This document shows, in pieces, positions 48,192 through 51,165 of a stretch of DNA of 51,165 bases (its first letter is position 1; every line of letters starts with the position of its first letter). The stretch covers positions 1-51,165 of the forward strand of contig JAUSGI010000007.1 in assembly GCA_030649135.1 (NCBI GenBank). Direction: 5' to 3'. The position numbers and the translations under genes are program-made. The notes under the pieces are model-generated. The model worked only from the letters and a program-made list of their open reading frames with translations, searched no databases and had not been told where the DNA came from. The stretch is from a bacterium. Its GTDB lineage: Bacteria > Patescibacteriota > Minisyncoccia > Phycocordibacterales > Zambryskibacteraceae.

Positions 48192-48442
48192 TCTTTTCCT
48201 AAAGCCTCAAAAGTTTTTCTGTATTCTTTGGTAGCTTTTTCTACCGCCTTTTCAATGTTGCTTTTCTTTTCATTTCCGAGCGACTTGCCTAGAGCTTCTA
48301 ACAAATCCTCATGTGCTACAATATAATTCCTGCCAACTTTTTCTGCTTTTATTTTCCCATTTTTAATACGCTTAAAGACCCCGACACGAGTCATGTGCAT
48401 TATGTTGGCAACCTCAGATGTAGAGTAATATTTTGGGTTCAT
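48188..48442 (-). CDS. Putative antitoxin with N-terminal HTH (excisionase/MerR-like)
   Basis: 4-nt overlap with doc. YSTSEVANIMHMTRVGVFKRIKNGKI is an HTH. Confidence 0.65.
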   Translation of the reverse strand: MNPKYYSTSEVANIMHMTRVGVFKRIKNGKIKAEKVGRNYIVAHEDLLEALGKSLGNEKKSNIEKAVEKATKEYRKTFEALGKE

Positions 48443-48896
48443 ATTTGTATGTTAACATATGTTAACTAACAAGCAAGCAGAGCTACCAACGCATAATGTA
48501 TATTGGGTCGGGCACTGTCCGGAGTTATAACCGTACTCGAGGACAGGGGTTATATGGTTACGGTACGCGAAAAAATCAACAATATCAAGCGCGTTGGGAA
48601 GATTTATGACTTTCCGATGCCCTACCAGCAGAAATAGCCAACTCACCCCAAGTCACCCTAACTCACCCGTTTTTGGCAAAAGTCCGGTCCAAAACCATTT
48701 CACCTTATCCCACCAGTAGCCACCGGTTTTGAGCAAAAGTTCGGAATAAAATCACTTAACCGCAACTAACCTTATCTAACCGTTTTTTGCCCAACTATTT
48801 GCCCCGGTGGCGAGCTTTGTGCCGAGGATCGACGTTTGTACCCACCTTGGCACATCAACCACCCGTTTGACCAAATTTGAACCCTTGGGACGATTT

Positions 48897-48916
48897 GCTT
48901 AATTAAGCAAATATGA
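48897..48916. repeat. 20-bp perfect palindrome ATTTGCTTAATTAAGCAAAT immediately downstream of RT stop
   Basis: Seen directly in the sequence. It closes a 480-bp non-coding region that contains degenerate ~60-bp tandem repeats (ccg/gttttg-caaaagt-cgg). Confidence 0.7.
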
Positions 48917-48921
48917 CCGAC

Positions 48922-49935
48922 TTAATTGGAAGATTTGGGCTTGGACGCTTTGTCGATAATCTTCTGTCGCAATTTCCAGCTGTTGCCATGGCTCATAAGA
49001 CCGAGATACGACTGCACCGTTTCTTCCTTTCCGTCCTTTGCCTTTATATTCCTAAACATCCTCTTTTTGGTTGTCGTCCTTAAGACTTGATGATCCGGAA
49101 AATGCACCCAGCCGAGAAAGTCGACACCCGAAGCGACAGTCTGTATGAAAATCTTATCCGGATGCATGGAGAGCTTGAGCTTGTTTCCTAAAAACTCCTG
49201 CATCGCCGGCAGAATGGTTTCAAGGTACGCCTTGTCCGTCGAAAGGACGGCAAAATCGTCAGCGTAACGCAGATAATATTTCGCTTTGAGGCGATGCTTC
49301 ATAAATTGGTCGAATTCGTTCATGTAAATATTTACCAGAAGCTGGGACGTTAGATTGCCGAGCGGGAGTCCGATGCCGACAGCGTTTGAATGAAAACTCC
49401 GAACGATGACAGATAAGAGATGGAGAATATCTTGATCGGGAATATATTTTGCAGATATGTCCAAGAGAATCGCGTGATCGATGTTTGCAAAAAACTTTCT
49501 GATATCGCATTTGAGCACCCATACCGTCCGAACGTTGTTCTCTGAAACAATGCCGATGAATTTTCTGAATCTGCTGAGAGCTCGATGCGTACCTTTTCCG
49601 TCTTGGCAGGAATTCGAGTCGGAGATAAACGTTTTTGCGAAAAATGGCGACAGTTGCCTATGCAATGCGTGATGTAAAAGCCGGTCTCGAACACTTGCTT
49701 TGTGGATGTCGCGCGGCTTAGGATCGGCGATCTTGAAATGCTGATACGCAGAATGGGTGTATGTTTTCGCCACAAGTTCGCGGTGAAGCGAGATAATGTT
49801 CGTCATCAGATTTCGCTCGAATTCTTGCACATCTTTGCGCGACCTTTTTCCGCGCACGAATTCTTTCCACGCTTCGAGGAGATTTTCGAGCGAAATGATA
49901 TGATTATATGTATGTTGAAATTGGATTCTGGACAT
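48922..49935 (-). CDS. Diversity-generating retroelement reverse transcriptase
   Basis: RT motifs 1-7 with YADDFAV. Motif 4 is IGLPLGNLTSQLL (GxxxSQ, DGR-specific, versus QGxxxSP in group II introns). The N-terminus resembles DGR RTs. Confidence 0.9.
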   Translation of the reverse strand: MSRIQFQHTYNHIISLENLLEAWKEFVRGKRSRKDVQEFERNLMTNIISLHRELVAKTYTHSAYQHFKIADPKPRDIHKASVRDRLLHHALHRQLSPFFAKTFISDSNSCQDGKGTHRALSRFRKFIGIVSENNVRTVWVLKCDIRKFFANIDHAILLDISAKYIPDQDILHLLSVIVRSFHSNAVGIGLPLGNLTSQLLVNIYMNEFDQFMKHRLKAKYYLRYADDFAVLSTDKAYLETILPAMQEFLGNKLKLSMHPDKIFIQTVASGVDFLGWVHFPDHQVLRTTTKKRMFRNIKAKDGKEETVQSYLGLMSHGNSWKLRQKIIDKASKPKSSN

Positions 49936-49967
49936 AACATTGAAGTCACCCCCCCCCGCAGAAGCTT

Positions 49968-50330
49968 TTGCCAGTTTTAGGCAAAGTTAAGGAGTCGTAT
50001 CTTTTGTGGTACAAATTTTATCAGGACTTGCCCAAGGTGCATCGTCATTCTCTCGGCCAGCGCATAGACACATTGTTTGTCGAAGTGATAGAAGCGATAT
50101 CGGCCGCCAGTTTTCTCTCGCCTACAGAGAAACATCCGTATGTTCGTCTCGCGATCAAGAAAGCGGACACCCTCCGTGTACTTCTTTTGGTACTCTGGGA
50201 AACAAAATCTCTCGACGATAAGAAATACATCGCTCTTTCCATAAAGTTGGACGAGGCCGGCAAAATGCTCGGCGGTTGGAACGGCCAGCTCGCAAAACAA
50301 AACTCTCCAGCCAAAGCCGGAGAGAAATGA
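49968..50330 (+). CDS. avd: Avd-like accessory variability determinant (four-helix-bundle / 23S-rRNA-IVS family)
   Basis: WYKFYQDLPKVHRHSLGQRIDTLFVEVIEAI...LDEAGKMLGGW fits the bAvd/PF05635 pattern. AAGGAG RBS 9 nt before an in-frame TTG at 50004. It lies on the opposite strand to the RT and TR sense. Confidence 0.7.
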   Translation: MPVLGKVKESYLLWYKFYQDLPKVHRHSLGQRIDTLFVEVIEAISAASFLSPTEKHPYVRLAIKKADTLRVLLLVLWETKSLDDKKYIALSIKLDEAGKMLGGWNGQLAKQNSPAKAGEK

Positions 50331-50336
50331 AGAGAG

Positions 50337-50462
50337 TTGCGACACGGCGAACGCGAACCCGTTGTCACGATTCCACCTGTTGTCAGGCCTGTCGTTGTAC
50401 GCATTAAGCCAGCGACCATCGTCATTACGGTTCGCATTCAGCAAGTTCGGATCGCCGTCGGA
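50337..50462 (-). repeat. DGR template repeat (TR), sense on minus strand
   Basis: 126 bp, ~84% identical to VR at 50809-50934. Minus-sense reading has 8 AAY (Asn) codons. 14 of 20 mismatches to VR fall on TR adenines. Confidence 0.8.
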
Positions 50463-50711
50463 TTGCGCGAAACATCTTCCATATCACCACCCCTCGAATA
50501 CTCTCAGGGTTGAATCGAATCCGGCATCGAAATGCCTTAATGTCTCGCGCCAAGTATCTTCTTTTTTATTGAAGTTTCTGCATGCACCACTCTATCCGAA
50601 ACCGTGGCCGCGGATACTCTCGATGCATGGATACTGGGTTCGGTAGCGGGAAGCCTTGACCGCCCACATATTCACCTACTGCCACGAATATTATATATTA
50701 TTTTATATTTT

Positions 50712-50753
50712 ATGAAAAAATTTAGCCCCATTCCGACGGATCGGAACGGGGCT
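50712..50753 (-). terminator. Rho-independent terminator downstream of DGR target gene
   Basis: Nested hairpin agcccc-a-ttccga-cgga-tcggaa-c-ggggct followed by an AAATTTTTT run on the minus strand. Confidence 0.7.
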
Positions 50754-50769
50754 AAGGACTAAGTTCAAA

Positions 50770-50783
50770 GGGACTGAAGTCCC
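50770..50783 (-). repeat. Short GC hairpin (gggac-ttca-gtccc on minus strand) 7 nt after VR-gene stop
   Basis: This sits where DGR VRs carry the homing-enhancing hairpin. Confidence 0.5.
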
Positions 50784-50790
50784 GAGGATC

Positions 50791-51165
50791 TTAGTGTTGA
50801 GAACTGACTTGCGACACCGCGAACGCGAACCCGTTGCCACAACCCCACCTGTAGTCGGGCCCGCCGCCGTACGCGCAAAGCCAGCGACCATCGTCGTCAC
50901 GGTCCGCGATCAGCAAGCTCGGATCGCCGTCGGAGTCGTTGATGGGTTCGTGCATGGCAACGATGTACCACAGCCCCATCGCTTCGATCTCCTTGTCCGT
51001 GAACTTCTCACGAATGAGGCAGGCCAGTTCGGCGTTCGGCTTCGAGAGCTTGCGCTTGTCGGCCTCGGCGCGAATCTTCTTCGTGATCCGGTCGTTGTCC
51101 TCGAAGAGCATGCCCTTGAGAACGGCGACTTCGGTCGTCACGCCGTTGGTCGGCTTGAAGTCCGG
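50791..51165 (-). CDS. DGR target protein with C-terminal C-type-lectin-like variable module (5' end beyond window)
   Basis: ORF is open to the window edge. C-terminal ...DRDDDGRWLCAYGGGPDYRWGCGNGFAFAVSQVSSQH is encoded by the VR. ~58% GC. Confidence 0.75.
   Translation of the reverse strand, partial: PDFKPTNGVTTEVAVLKGMLFEDNDRITKKIRAEADKRKLSKPNAELACLIREKFTDKEIEAMGLWYIVAMHEPINDSDGDPSLLIADRDDDGRWLCAYGGGPDYRWGCGNGFAFAVSQVSSQH
50809..50934 (-). repeat. DGR variable repeat (VR) at 3' end of target gene
   Basis: Aligns to TR. Asn codons of TR are replaced by Ile/Asp/Cys/Gly/Tyr codons. A shared GC-rich 3' block gggttcgcgttcgcSgtgtcgcaa is IMH-like. Confidence 0.8.

Noticed and set aside
48452-48646. 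64-aa ORF at the edge of the 480-bp non-coding region
   Set aside because: No RBS and an odd Cys/Leu-rich composition. It is more likely part of a structured or non-coding repeat region.
49977-50444. Minus-strand 155-aa ORF whose N-terminus carries the DDGRWLNAY...NGFAFAVSQ motif
   Set aside because: It is produced by reading through the non-coding template repeat and then antisense through the Avd-like gene. Beyond the TR-encoded residues the sequence is featureless. The plus-strand Avd-like ORF has an RBS and family features.

Overview
This 51 kb window is low-GC with tightly packed, mostly minus-strand genes, typical of a small-genome bacterium, possibly CPR/Patescibacteria. The window opens inside a 23S rRNA gene on the minus strand (5' end near 1466). 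The first ~650 bp upstream hold no 16S gene or tRNA, only msrAB, so within this window the 23S looks unlinked from the 16S.

Housekeeping genes include msrA/msrB, comEA, ftsK, recA, efp, the rpsF-ssb-rpsR operon, tatD, metG, an AI-2E family transporter, pepF, glyQS, recO, ileS, gmk, argS and an HD hydrolase. A thymidylate block (glyA-thyA-dcd-CYTH, with folA divergent) and secE-nusG-rplK follow; rplK ends at a terminator and no rplA is present. A glycan/mannose block holds three GH130-like domains, two cupins, a eukaryote-type phosphomannomutase and an SDR.

Accessory content:
- A small defence-like islet with an AbiEii-family nucleotidyltransferase, a DUF1508 protein and a gene bracketed by 22-bp direct repeats.
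- Two minimal IS200/IS605-type (HUH-Y1, RAYT-like) elements, each flanked by its own short palindromic repeats; one abuts the 3' end of recA.
- A cluster of Thr/Ser/Gly-rich cell-surface proteins.
- A GC-rich (~60%) 1.3 kb island encoding a TraR/DksA zinc-finger protein and a protein with a C-type-lectin-like C-terminal module.
- A Doc/Phd-like toxin-antitoxin pair.
- At the right end, a diversity-generating retroelement (DGR): a reverse transcriptase with the DGR-specific GxxxSQ motif, a divergently oriented Avd-like four-helix-bundle gene, and an Asn-codon-rich template repeat. The cognate variable region sits at the 3' end of a GC-rich target gene that runs off the window, followed by a hairpin and terminator.

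The GC-island protein is a diverged paralogue of the DGR target's variable module. IleRS carries an inserted histidine-phosphatase (RHG...SHG) domain. No CRISPR array or tRNA was found.
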